A stretch of 34,431 nt of DNA. Origin: Ferroacidibacillus organovorans. Its GTDB lineage: Bacteria; Bacillota; Bacilli; Alicyclobacillales; SLC66. Location of the stretch: assembly GCF_001642725.1 (NCBI RefSeq), contig NZ_LSUQ01000028.1, positions 1 to 34,431 of the forward strand, in the 5' to 3' direction. Under the pieces are notes generated by a model. The model was not told the DNA's origin. It did no database searches and saw only the letters and a list, made by a program, of their open reading frames with translations. Positions 1 to 8,400 of this stretch are shown in pieces. The position numbers and the translations under genes are program-made. Position 1 is the first letter of the stretch, and every line of letters starts with the position of its first letter.

Positions 1-2
1 CA

Positions 3-272
3 CAGGCAGCGTGGTCACTCACAGGCCCGGTGAATGCCGCCGCGACCGAGGTGTTCGATGAAGAGGTGAACGACATGCATTTGGCGCAGGTGTTTTCGAA
101 CCTGTCGCTGGAAACCAGCATCAGCGGCAATCAGGTGACGGTTACCGTCCGCGGGGATTTTTTGCCGCTCTTTTTGCAGACAGCGGCCGCGCGCGTGCCG
201 GAACTTCGGTCGATGGCGGTGCCGATGAAGGCTGTGGTCCCGGTGGACGATCCGGTCGTGGGAAAGGGGTGA
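3..272 (+). CDS. 5'-truncated probable TadE/Flp pilus-associated protein (C-terminal part)
   Basis: Frame is open from base 3 (QAAWSLTGPVNAAATEVF...) to TGA at 270-272. The helix followed by 'ISGNQVTVTVRG' beta strands resembles a pseudopilin C-terminus. It lies upstream of an A24 prepilin peptidase. Confidence 0.45.
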   Translation, partial: QAAWSLTGPVNAAATEVFDEEVNDMHLAQVFSNLSLETSISGNQVTVTVRGDFLPLFLQTAAARVPELRSMAVPMKAVVPVDDPVVGKG

Positions 273-279
273 AGAAGAG

Positions 280-1353
280 ATGGAACGAGAAACGCGCATG
301 CTTCTGTGGACGCTGTTCGCGGTCGGTGTTCTGACGGTGGGGCTAATGCCTGCCGCTTTTGGCTCGTTCAATCACGCGGTGGCCATCGGCGTGAAGTCCA
401 ACAACGATATGGCACAGGCCCTGTGGGGGCAGTCTCCACCGTTGTCACCGACAGAGAACACCTGGCTGACGAACACGAATGTCCCGATCCTCCCAGGCGC
501 CGACACTACACATGTCGACTCCGTGTCCTGGAACACATCCACGTGGGGACCGAAAATCGTGATCTCCGGTTACGGTTTTGGGAATCCACCAACGGCGAGT
601 CAGACGGTGCTGCTCATCCAGGATACCCGTCGCGGATGGACGGCAGCGGATGGGTCTTCTTTTTTGGTTCAACCGACAATCACGTCCTGGAAAAATGACC
701 GGATTGTCGTGGACGGATTTGACAGATACGGGGTAACGGGTGTCTCAAATGGATCGGCCGGGCAAGGTAGCGAGGTCTTTGCGCCGGGGGATCCGATCAC
801 CGTGTCAGTGACAAATCCGCAGACAGGCAGTAGTGGATCGTTTCAAACGCAGTATCCCATGAGTGCACCCATGCCGATGGTGACCTTGAATCCTCTCCAA
901 AGTCTCATGGTGGGTCAATCTGAACTGCTGAGCGGTAGGGTGTCTTTGAAAGGGACAGGGTTAGCCGATCAAGCCGTGACGCTGTCGGCCGCTGGCGGGC
1001 AGATTCGTCCGCACGTTGTCGTAACCGATCGTCAGGGAATTTTCACCGCCACCTTCACCGCGCCGGGAACGGGCGGCACGGAGTCGGTGATGGCAAGCTG
1101 CGATGGGGGAATGGGTACGGCCTTCGTCACCGTGCGCGCGTTTACCGTGACGCTGTCGGCGGTGGGCGATCCGACGGACAACCAGGTCACACTCACGGCG
1201 ACGGTCAATCAACCGCTGCGTGGCGCCACGCTGCGCATCCACAATCGGACGACGGGTCAGATCGTTGCACAAACCGACCAAGGGACAACGCTCTCGACGC
1301 GCATCACGATGCAACCGGACATCAGCCAAACCTTTGTGGCGCAAATCGATTGA
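280..1353 (+). CDS. Secreted/membrane-anchored Thr/Gly-rich protein with Ig-like (IPT/Big_1-like) beta domains
   Basis: N-terminal hydrophobic segment, 'IVISGYGFG' IPT-like motif, 'VTDRQGIFTATFTAP' invasin/Big_1-like motif; operonic with neighbours. Confidence 0.55.
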   Translation: MERETRMLLWTLFAVGVLTVGLMPAAFGSFNHAVAIGVKSNNDMAQALWGQSPPLSPTENTWLTNTNVPILPGADTTHVDSVSWNTSTWGPKIVISGYGFGNPPTASQTVLLIQDTRRGWTAADGSSFLVQPTITSWKNDRIVVDGFDRYGVTGVSNGSAGQGSEVFAPGDPITVSVTNPQTGSSGSFQTQYPMSAPMPMVTLNPLQSLMVGQSELLSGRVSLKGTGLADQAVTLSAAGGQIRPHVVVTDRQGIFTATFTAPGTGGTESVMASCDGGMGTAFVTVRAFTVTLSAVGDPTDNQVTLTATVNQPLRGATLRIHNRTTGQIVAQTDQGTTLSTRITMQPDISQTFVAQID

Positions 1354-1367
1354 AGGGGGTATCCGAA

Positions 1368-1976
1368 ATGTTCAGATGGAAAAGCGCATTCGTGGGTGTG
1401 GCATCACTCTTTTTCGCACCGTCCCCTTTCGCATGGGCGGCGATGGCAAACAGCAACCCGGTGACCATCACGGGTGGCTACGATAGGATCGTGCAAACTG
1501 AAAAATGGGAACAGATCGGTACGACACAGCAAGCGTACACCTACCAAGCCGATGTGACGACGGTCCAAAGTAAACGGGTGCAGACGGGGACCACCACACG
1601 GATGTTTCAAATTGGAACCAAGCAACAGGAAATCGATTCAATCACCAGACGCTATCTAATAGGCACGCAGCGCGTGCAAACCGGCACGACTTCAATCTGT
1701 GACGGCGAATGGATGTACGATGTCCATCTCCGACGCTATGAATGCTCCGGCGGTATGATCCAGAAGCCTGTGTACAAAACGGTTCCCGTTTATCGCACGG
1801 AGACAATTCCTTTGTATCAAACGGTGCCTGTCTATCGCACGCAAACGATTCCGATCTTTACGATTGAATCGGTACCGGTGACTCGCGTGGAGACCTTCAC
1901 TGGGTATCGAAACGTACCCGAATATGGTTGGGTTACCGTGAACACCGAGCAGTGGGTGCCTGTTGTGATTCAATAA
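1368..1976 (+). CDS. Secreted beta-rich repeat protein (Q-[IT]-G-T repeats, central Cys pair, [VI]-P-[VLI]-[YF] repeats)
   Basis: RBS-like GAAGGGGG then ATG at 1368; signal peptide ending ...FAWAAMA; repeats are visible in the translation. Confidence 0.65.
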   Translation: MFRWKSAFVGVASLFFAPSPFAWAAMANSNPVTITGGYDRIVQTEKWEQIGTTQQAYTYQADVTTVQSKRVQTGTTTRMFQIGTKQQEIDSITRRYLIGTQRVQTGTTSICDGEWMYDVHLRRYECSGGMIQKPVYKTVPVYRTETIPLYQTVPVYRTQTIPIFTIESVPVTRVETFTGYRNVPEYGWVTVNTEQWVPVVIQ

Positions 1977-2393
1977 CGAGCGATGTCAACAAGGAAAAAA
2001 GTGGTTTCCAGTTGGAGGGGCGTTGTTCGGTGCTCAGACGACACGTGGCGGTGAACTGAAAAAAATACGCATGCATTATCCAACTCACAAACCTTTCGCA
2101 CCAAGACACGGCGTTCCCCGGAGACGTTGATTTTATCGAGCGCAGCTTGACGAATCAGACGTTTGTCACAGAAACGGCCACGGATGCGATGCCGGGAGAC
2201 GTTATGAGGGATCGATGGAAACGGTCGGTGGCATTTGGATTTCGCAATGTCACGCTGCCGGGTATCACGGGTGCCTGTCTGTACGGCTGTCCGAAGTGGA
2301 CAAATCATTGATGAAGTGGGAGAGATCCGTTTCGCGGATGGGGGTGGAGGCTTGTATTCGGAGTGGGGTAAGGAAGCATGGTTCGGGTTGGGG

Positions 2394-2837
2394 ATGGCTC
2401 ACGGAGCGTGGGTATGGATCGCGTTCCTTGTCTTTGCGCTAGTTGCAGCGTGGTTTGACATCCGGGAACGGCGGATTCCCAATTGGCTAAACCTGATTGG
2501 ATTGGTGTTCTTCTTGGTGTGGCACGTCGGCAGTGGTTCGGGAGAGGCGGCGGTTTTCGCCTTCGTTTGCACCGGGCTGTTACTCCTTATTCCGACGCTT
2601 CTTGGACTCTGGGGGCAGGGAGACTGGAAGATGGCCATGGTTTGCGGGGCAGCACTCGGAGTGCTGCCCACGCTGTTCATATGGTGGATGGCATTGCTGC
2701 TCGCCAAGATCTACAGTACAGCAGCGAAAAAACACAGGGTACGATGGACAAAAATATGCGCCAATGCGGGCCTGCCCGTGGCGGTCTTCGTTCTGGTGGC
2801 GGCGATTTCCTTCTTTGCAGTTATATTCATTTTCTGA
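2394..2837 (+). CDS. A24-family prepilin peptidase (TadV/CpaA-like)
   Basis: 'AWFDIRERRIPNWL' and 'WGQGDWKM' catalytic Asp motifs of A24 peptidases; multiple TM helices. Start placed at the in-frame ATG 2394 (ORF track starts at 2235). Confidence 0.85.
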   Translation: MAHGAWVWIAFLVFALVAAWFDIRERRIPNWLNLIGLVFFLVWHVGSGSGEAAVFAFVCTGLLLLIPTLLGLWGQGDWKMAMVCGAALGVLPTLFIWWMALLLAKIYSTAAKKHRVRWTKICANAGLPVAVFVLVAAISFFAVIFIF

Positions 2838-2989
2838 GAGGAGTATGGTTGCATCTTTTGGTTCGCGTTGTGGAAAGAGACCTCTTTATATGATTGACAG
2901 AAGCGTCCAATCGGTATTTGAACCTCAGTGCTCTGGAGGAATATTCGCCCACTACAGTAGGGAGTGTCGTACGGCACAAAATGGCCAAC

Positions 2990-3290
2990 CCGGTTTTCTT
3001 TCGGATGATTAAAGAGAGTAGACAGGATTGGCGACAAAAAAGGAACCGTAATTTCCTTTCCAGGTTCATCACCAGCAGTTGAAGGGTAATCACCGTCGCG
3101 CTCGTGTTTGCCAGTCGTGCCTTCATAAGACCAAGCCCGTAGATTCTCTTGCCCTCGCCAAATTTCCCTTCGACAGCATTGCGATCCGCCGCATCAAGCT
3201 TCGCCTGTCGTTTCTGTATCTTTGCGCTCTTTCTTTGCAGGCCATCCAAACGCCGGTCCATTCCATCGAATCCCGTGTGTTTTGCAGAAG
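2990..3290 (-). pseudogene. IS5-family transposase C-terminal remnant, frameshifted
   Basis: Minus strand gives 'FCKTHGIRWNGPAFGWPAK' in one frame and 'DAADRNAVEGKFGEGKRIYGLGLMKARLANTSATVITLQLLVMNLERKLR' in another, with a frameshift near 3230. Boundaries are approximate. Confidence 0.75.
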
Positions 3291-3896
3291 CTGATGTCTG
3301 AAATACAGCAGCAGGTGCGGACGATTTTAACGGCACCTGATGAGGAGACGGCAAGAACGCTGCTAAACCGAGTGCTCCAAGAATATGGAGAGAAGGCACC
3401 CAAGGCGGTCAAGGTGTTGGAAGAAGGATTTGAAGATGCAAAGGCAGTATTGGCGTTACCCGAATCGTTGCATCGGAAGTTGCGGACGACGAACAGCGTG
3501 GAACGGTTAAACGAAGAGATTCGCCGTCGTGAGCGAGTGATTCGCATCTTTCCCAATCGAGAATTTACACTTCGTTTGCTAGGAGCGTTGCTGATGGGGA
3601 TCGATGAGGGATGGTCGTCCCATCGAAAATACCTCGACATGGATGCGTATGCTTCGTGGTGCAAGGAGCAGCAGGAGAAATTGAGGCAGAAGGCCGAGAC
3701 GTGGGCATCATGAAGCTTTCACCTTGCGCTTGGGTGTCCCGTCTGGCCGGACAAACCAAACCGCATCCATGCAAGGGTGGAGCCACACGAATCGCAAGAT
3801 GAACGGAAGAGCTTCAAGTCGTCGGAAGGCGATGAAAGGACAAGAGCCCCTTTGGACAGAGGAAAAACGAAATTACACACAATTACGGACTTGACC
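3285..3896 (+). mobile_element. IS256-family remnant (transposase C-terminus ~3285-3713 plus right end)
   Basis: 'LRTTNSVERLNEEIRRRERVIRIFPN' is the IS256/Mutator catalytic-E region. The tail TTACACACAATTACGGACTTGACC at 3873-3896 resembles an IS256 terminal inverted repeat. The N-terminal part is missing. Confidence 0.85.
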
Positions 3897-3952
3897 CTGC
3901 GTGCTTTCGCGTTCTTATATCTTCATATGGACAATGGATTGATCTCACATTA

Positions 3953-3995
3953 TTGACAGAAAAACATCGCTCACCTATGATACCCTGGTAGGTAT
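3953..3995 (+). promoter_or_regulatory. SigmaA promoter for tauE with overlapping CsoR/CstR-type operator
   Basis: TTGACA (3953-3958), 17 bp, TATGAT (3976-3981); ATACC-CTGGTA-GGTAT inverted repeat at 3980-3995. Confidence 0.7.
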
Positions 3996-4048
3996 TTGCG
4001 GAGATTGAATTCGTTCGACAAAATTTTATACGTAGGGGAGATTATCTC

Positions 4049-4840
4049 GTGAATATTCATTTAACCGACGTACAGATTGTACTCTCTATATTTTCCGGCG
4101 GTCTTGTTGGGTTTACTCTCGGATTGATCGGAGGTGGAGGTTCAATCCTTGCTGTTCCACTGCTCTTATACGTTGTTGGCATTCATGATGCACATATTGT
4201 TATTGGAACCACAGCGCTTGCGGTTGCCGTTAATGCGTTTATTAATCTTATCCCACATTGGCGTAAGAATCATGTTCGATGGAATGCAGCAATTTTATTT
4301 GCAATACCAGGTGCTATCGGTGCAGTGATCGGTTCGGTGATTGGCAAAAGGCTCGATGGTAAAGCTTTGCTATTTTTGTTTGCTGTTCTCATGTTGGTCA
4401 TTGCGGTAAAGATGCTACGGACAAAACAGTCGGATCAAACAGATGAAAAAGTACATGAAATTAAATTTCTTCGCACGATCGCGACTGGAGCCACTACGGG
4501 AGTCGTTTCTGGTTTCTTTGGAATTGGTGGGGGATTCTTGATTGTTCCAGGGCTAATGTATGCGACGAGTATGTCAATGATCGATGCCATTGGAAGCTCT
4601 CTTTTCTCTGTTGGAACTTTCGGGCTAACAACGGCGATATCGTATTCGATTTCTGGCATGATTGATTGGTGGGTTTTTATTCTCTACGTTCTCGGGGGAA
4701 TTGTTGGCGGCGTTTTGGGAACCATGCTATCGAGTCGACTTGGACAGAACAAGAGAACCTTACAGGTTGTATTTTCATCAATCATCATGATCGTCGCTAT
4801 CTACATGCTATATGACAATCTAATAATCCTTAAATGGTGA
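4049..4840 (+). CDS. Sulfite exporter TauE/SafE family membrane protein
   Basis: Duplicated 'GLIGGGGSILAVP' / 'GFFGIGGGFLIVP' TauE motifs; about 8 TM segments; RBS AGGGGAG. Confidence 0.9.
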   Translation: MNIHLTDVQIVLSIFSGGLVGFTLGLIGGGGSILAVPLLLYVVGIHDAHIVIGTTALAVAVNAFINLIPHWRKNHVRWNAAILFAIPGAIGAVIGSVIGKRLDGKALLFLFAVLMLVIAVKMLRTKQSDQTDEKVHEIKFLRTIATGATTGVVSGFFGIGGGFLIVPGLMYATSMSMIDAIGSSLFSVGTFGLTTAISYSISGMIDWWVFILYVLGGIVGGVLGTMLSSRLGQNKRTLQVVFSSIIMIVAIYMLYDNLIILKW

Positions 4841-4901
4841 TCTTAAGTTAACTTCTAAATCGTCATTCATTTTTTGTGTTATTTCTAGGTCAATTGAAGA
4901 C

Positions 4902-4932
4902 CATGCTACTTCCGTTTAATGGAAGTAGCATG
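4902..4932. terminator. Probable bidirectional terminator between convergent tauE and multicopper oxidase
   Basis: Perfect 12-bp inverted repeat CATGCTACTTCC-gtttaat-GGAAGTAGCATG. Confidence 0.65.
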
Positions 4933-4942
4933 AATTGTGACG

Positions 4943-6118
4943 TTACATCCCGCTCATATTCCCAATGGCATTGGGCATTCTCGACTTGTCAGTACTTGAT
5001 TTCTGCAGTGGATAATAGGGTTTTCCGTTCGATTTTACGTATTGTAAGATAGACATCATACCTGCTTCTTGTCCGTTGATCCCCATCGTGTGATGGGGTA
5101 AGTGACAATGTAATGGCCAATTCCCAGGATTATTAGCAGTTAGTAAGATGTCATAAGTCTCACCTGGAGCCACATTCACAGTGTTTTCCTGATACTGGGC
5201 AGTCTTCGGAATTTCGTTTCCATCTTTGGATATAATCGTAAAATTGTGACCGTGCAAATGAATGGGATGATTTTCCATGCTCAAGTTGGCGAGACGAATC
5301 AATACACGATCCCCCTTTTTTACAGTTAAAGGCGCTGTTGCCGGGTACTGTTTTCCATTGAATGTAAATACATTCCAACTCATGCTTTCTGGATTAATAT
5401 CATAGTTCCCAGCGGGCACTTGACCTTCACCAAAGGTCATAGTATTAGAGTTTGATGAACCCATTGGCATTCTGTTCTGCTTTGTTCCTGTTTTTTGTAA
5501 GCTCCACTCTTGCAGCAGCAGCGTATAATCGTGTTGTATCGATTTTCCCATAAATGTATCTCTTCCACGTTTAGGGAGGGAAATAAAGACCCCGTCTAAT
5601 CCCATCATCTCTTGAATCGCAGGATTCAAATGGGAGTGATACATGAAAGTCCCAACTTGATTCACCTTAAATTGGTAACTGAAGCTCTTACCCGGTAGAA
5701 TCGCGGGGGATGGCTCTATGCCTGGCACGCCATCCATGGAATTCGGAACGTTTAGCCCATGCCAGTGCACACTCGTTGGGACTGGCAAACGATTTGATAC
5801 TAAGACACGGATCGTGTCACCCTGATGAACAACGATGGTAGGGCCAGGAGTGCCACCGTTATATCCCCATGCATTCATGAAAACACCTTTTGATACCTCT
5901 TGTTTAACCTTCTCCGCGGTTAAGTGGAAGACTTTTACTCCTTGATCGACGGTATATGAGGCGTTTGAGACATTTGGGGAGACAGGATGTGTGGTTGCCC
6001 TGGGTATTGCCATATTCAATCGTTCTGATTGTGCTGAACTTATTTGCCAAACACTAAATCCGGATATTGCAAGGAGTGCCGACGCGGCGAGGATTTGCCG
6101 AGTGAATTTTCTTGGCAT
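4943..6118 (-). CDS. Secreted two-domain multicopper oxidase (small laccase-like)
   Basis: Cu motifs HWHG, MYHSH, HPIHLHGH, HCHLPHH in 391 aa; N-terminal signal peptide; RBS AAAGGTGG. Confidence 0.9.
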   Translation of the reverse strand: MPRKFTRQILAASALLAISGFSVWQISSAQSERLNMAIPRATTHPVSPNVSNASYTVDQGVKVFHLTAEKVKQEVSKGVFMNAWGYNGGTPGPTIVVHQGDTIRVLVSNRLPVPTSVHWHGLNVPNSMDGVPGIEPSPAILPGKSFSYQFKVNQVGTFMYHSHLNPAIQEMMGLDGVFISLPKRGRDTFMGKSIQHDYTLLLQEWSLQKTGTKQNRMPMGSSNSNTMTFGEGQVPAGNYDINPESMSWNVFTFNGKQYPATAPLTVKKGDRVLIRLANLSMENHPIHLHGHNFTIISKDGNEIPKTAQYQENTVNVAPGETYDILLTANNPGNWPLHCHLPHHTMGINGQEAGMMSILQYVKSNGKPYYPLQKSSTDKSRMPNAIGNMSGM

Positions 6119-6151
6119 TCAGATTGTCCACCTTTCTGAGAATATAAGGAT

Positions 6152-6183
6152 ACTCTACAAATGAATTATGAAAAACTGACGAA
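6152..6183 (-). promoter_or_regulatory. Possible response-regulator-dependent promoter of the multicopper oxidase
   Basis: Minus strand reads TTCGTC-AGTTT-TTCATA-N9-TAGAGT, the same geometry as the five TTCACA-N9-(-10) promoters downstream. Confidence 0.4.
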
Positions 6184-7266
6184 GGTAGATAACACTTTTG
6201 GCAAAATGACGGTCGCGATGGTACCGATCCCCAACTGACTCTCTATTTGCAAGCTGCCATTTGAATCGATAATGATTTCTTTAGCGATAGCAAGTCCCAA
6301 TCCTGTTCCACCTGTCTTACGATCCCGAGAAGACTCGACACGATAGAACCGTTCACAGATATAGGGCAGATCTTTCATCGGGATGCCGATGCCTGTATCC
6401 CGAATGGTTGTCTTTATATCGCGGGAAGTTACTTCTACCTTTACTTCGATCGAATGATGGGGGAGTGTATATTTGTATGCATTATCCAATAAGTTTACAA
6501 ATACCTGAAGTAATTGATCTGCATCTGTCAGAACGTACTGATCAACAGGTAGTATGCCAACGTGAAAGATAATTTTCTTTTCTTCAATAATAGCTTTTAC
6601 ATGTTCAATCGCTAAATGTAAACAGTTCGAGATGTTGACGGGTACCTTAGCACGCATCGTTGGCTGGGTTTGAATCATACTCCTTTCAAGATCGAGCACC
6701 ATTTTCTCGAACCGCGTTACTTCTGCCATGAGTAAGGCAAAGCGCTCTGGTGTAGGCATCCAGACGCCATCGATGATAGCTGCGAGGCTTGCCTTCAAGG
6801 CTGTTAGTGGTGTGCGGAGTTCATGTGAGACATCTTGGATAAGTCGCTCTCGGAGATTTGCTTGTTGAGCCAATTGTTGTGACATATGGTTGAGTGTAGA
6901 TGAGAGATAAGTGATCTCGTTGTGACTGTTGCTGGGATTGCTATTGTGGAAAAAGTGTCCTTTTGCCAATGCTTCAGCCTGCTCGATCAACGTTCTCAGA
7001 GGGTATGTTAAACGCTTTGATAGCCACCAGGATATCGCGAAGGTCAAAATTACGATGACAATGGCCATCGAAATGAGAGTTTGACTTAAGGCGATCGTGA
7101 GATGCCTTACGAGCATTGTAATGATTTCAGTGTGGCGGGTTTGACCATTAAGAAAAGACCGAAAGTGGTTTGTAGCGACAATTCTGATGACAATTGCGTT
7201 CATAACAGTCATGGATAGAGTGATCGCAAGAAATGAAATAAGCAGTCTACTCTGTAATGGTTTCAC
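6166..7266 (-). CDS. Sensor histidine kinase (2 TM, HAMP, HisKA, HATPase)
   Basis: 'DVSHELRTPL' H-box, 'NLLDNAYKY' N-box, 'DTGIGI' and 'GTGLGLAI' G-boxes. Confidence 0.95.
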   Translation of the reverse strand: MKPLQSRLLISFLAITLSMTVMNAIVIRIVATNHFRSFLNGQTRHTEIITMLVRHLTIALSQTLISMAIVIVILTFAISWWLSKRLTYPLRTLIEQAEALAKGHFFHNSNPSNSHNEITYLSSTLNHMSQQLAQQANLRERLIQDVSHELRTPLTALKASLAAIIDGVWMPTPERFALLMAEVTRFEKMVLDLERSMIQTQPTMRAKVPVNISNCLHLAIEHVKAIIEEKKIIFHVGILPVDQYVLTDADQLLQVFVNLLDNAYKYTLPHHSIEVKVEVTSRDIKTTIRDTGIGIPMKDLPYICERFYRVESSRDRKTGGTGLGLAIAKEIIIDSNGSLQIESQLGIGTIATVILPKVLSTFVSFS

Positions 7267-7955
7267 AATGGTTTAACCTCGAATCGATAGCCTACTCCGT
7301 AAACCGTATGCACATATCTTGGTTGCCGAGGATTTTCTTCTAGCTTTTGCCGCAATGTTTTTATAAATGCATCAATGGTGCGAAGATCACCTTCGTACTG
7401 AAAACCAAATGCGCGCACCACGAGTTCGTCCCGTGTCCAAACACGCCCTGGATGTCGAGCTAGCGTAACGAGCAGATCATATTCTCGCGATGTAAGTGAA
7501 AGTTCCTCTCCGCGAGCGAAGACTTTATGCCGTTCATCGTCGATGATTAATTTACCATCGTCCCATTCGATAGAATATGCCAACAATCGATGTTCCTCCG
7601 TGCGACGTAGAACCGTTTTAACGCGTGTGATGAGTTCCCTTGGGTCAAATGGCTTGATCAAATAATCATCCGCTCCAAGCGACAATCCTCGAATTCGTGA
7701 GTTTATAGAAGATTTTGCCGTTACCATAATCACTGCTACATCGGATTGTGCGCGAATGGTTTTACATAAGTCTTCCCCAGAATGGTCAGGAAGCATGAGA
7801 TCAAGGATAACGAGATCTGGTTTATAAAGTATAAATTGCCGCATGCATTCTACGCCATTCGTAGCAGTCACGACTTGATACCCTGCTTTTTCTAAGTAGG
7901 ATTGAATCACATCGATAATCACAATTTCATCATCTACGACAAGTATTTTTTGCAA
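7263..7955 (-). CDS. OmpR-family response regulator
   Basis: 'ILVVDDE', 'LDLMLP', 'GADDYLIKPF', 'TVYGVGYRF'; start placed at TTG 7955 after AGAAGG; overlaps the kinase start. Confidence 0.95.
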   Translation of the reverse strand: MQKILVVDDEIVIIDVIQSYLEKAGYQVVTATNGVECMRQFILYKPDLVILDLMLPDHSGEDLCKTIRAQSDVAVIMVTAKSSINSRIRGLSLGADDYLIKPFDPRELITRVKTVLRRTEEHRLLAYSIEWDDGKLIIDDERHKVFARGEELSLTSREYDLLVTLARHPGRVWTRDELVVRAFGFQYEGDLRTIDAFIKTLRQKLEENPRQPRYVHTVYGVGYRFEVKPL

Positions 7956-8029
7956 GATCGTTATCGCTCGCCTTCTTTTGTTTGGGAAAATAAGGAGAAA
8001 TACATCGCTGCATGGTAGCGCAGGACTCG

Positions 8030-8062
8030 ACACATCACACTACATAGTGTAGTGTGATGTGT
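8030..8062. promoter_or_regulatory. Perfect 15-bp inverted repeat, probable BlaI-family operator over the promoter of the His-rich peptide
   Basis: ACACATCACACTACA-tag-TGTAGTGTGATGTGT, core ACTAC-N5-GTAGT; overlaps a TCGACA-17-TAGTGT promoter-like pair (8027-8055). Confidence 0.7.
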
Positions 8063-8093
8063 GAGGGACATCAAATCGTGAGGTGAGTATAGC

Positions 8094-8282
8094 ATGACAG
8101 ATTTTTTGCGCCATTTGTTTGGAGAAGGGCACCACGGCCGTCACGAAGAAGAGCGCCACGGCCATCATGAAGAAGAGCGCCACGGTCATCATGAAGAAGA
8201 GCGCCATGGCCATCATGAAGAAGAGCGCCATGGCCATCATGGAGAAGGGCATGGAATTTTGGGCAACATTTTCCGACCATGA
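8094..8282 (+). CDS. Small His/Glu-rich tandem-repeat peptide, putative metal-sequestering protein
   Basis: RBS GAGGTGAG before the ATG; 62 aa with 17 His and 14 Glu; (HGHHEEER)n repeats with mostly synonymous variation between units. Confidence 0.7.
   Translation: MTDFLRHLFGEGHHGRHEEERHGHHEEERHGHHEEERHGHHEEERHGHHGEGHGILGNIFRP
8133..8240 (+). repeat. 24-bp coding tandem repeat, 4.5 copies
   Basis: CAYGGYCRTCAYGAAGAAGAGCGC at 8133, 8157, 8181, 8205 plus a half copy at 8229; flanked by the direct repeat GGAGAAGGGCA (8121, 8241). Confidence 0.95.
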
Positions 8283-8352
8283 AATGATGGCTGCATGAGA
8301 TTAGGATCAATTAACGTATGACGAAAGTTGAAACTTTTCGAAAGGACTGTGG

Positions 8353-8400
8353 CAAGTCCCACTACCGCACGACATAGTGTAGTGATGGGGGTGGGACTTG
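8353..8400. promoter_or_regulatory. Second copy of the putative BlaI-family operator inside a larger hairpin
   Basis: CACGAC-ATAGT-GTAGTG at 8368-8384 (16/17 identical to 8038-8054), bracketed by CAAGTCCCAC ... GTGGGACTTG. Confidence 0.65.

Noticed and set aside
268..284. Reverse-strand lookalike of the regulon motif (TCCATC-TCTTC-TTCACC)
   Set aside because: No -10 hexamer 9 bp downstream; explained by the stop codon, RBS and start codon of + strand genes.
2827..3399. 190-aa minus-strand ORF as an intact gene
   Set aside because: Chimera of IS256 antisense sequence and a frameshifted IS5 fragment.
8121..8251. 24-bp repeats as a CRISPR array
   Set aside because: Units are directly adjacent with no unique spacers, are in frame with mostly synonymous changes, and there are no cas genes.
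8040..8310. Antisense ORFs with MMAMALFF / HGALLHD repeats
   Set aside because: Shadows of the tandem repeat; the + strand ORF has the RBS and promoter.
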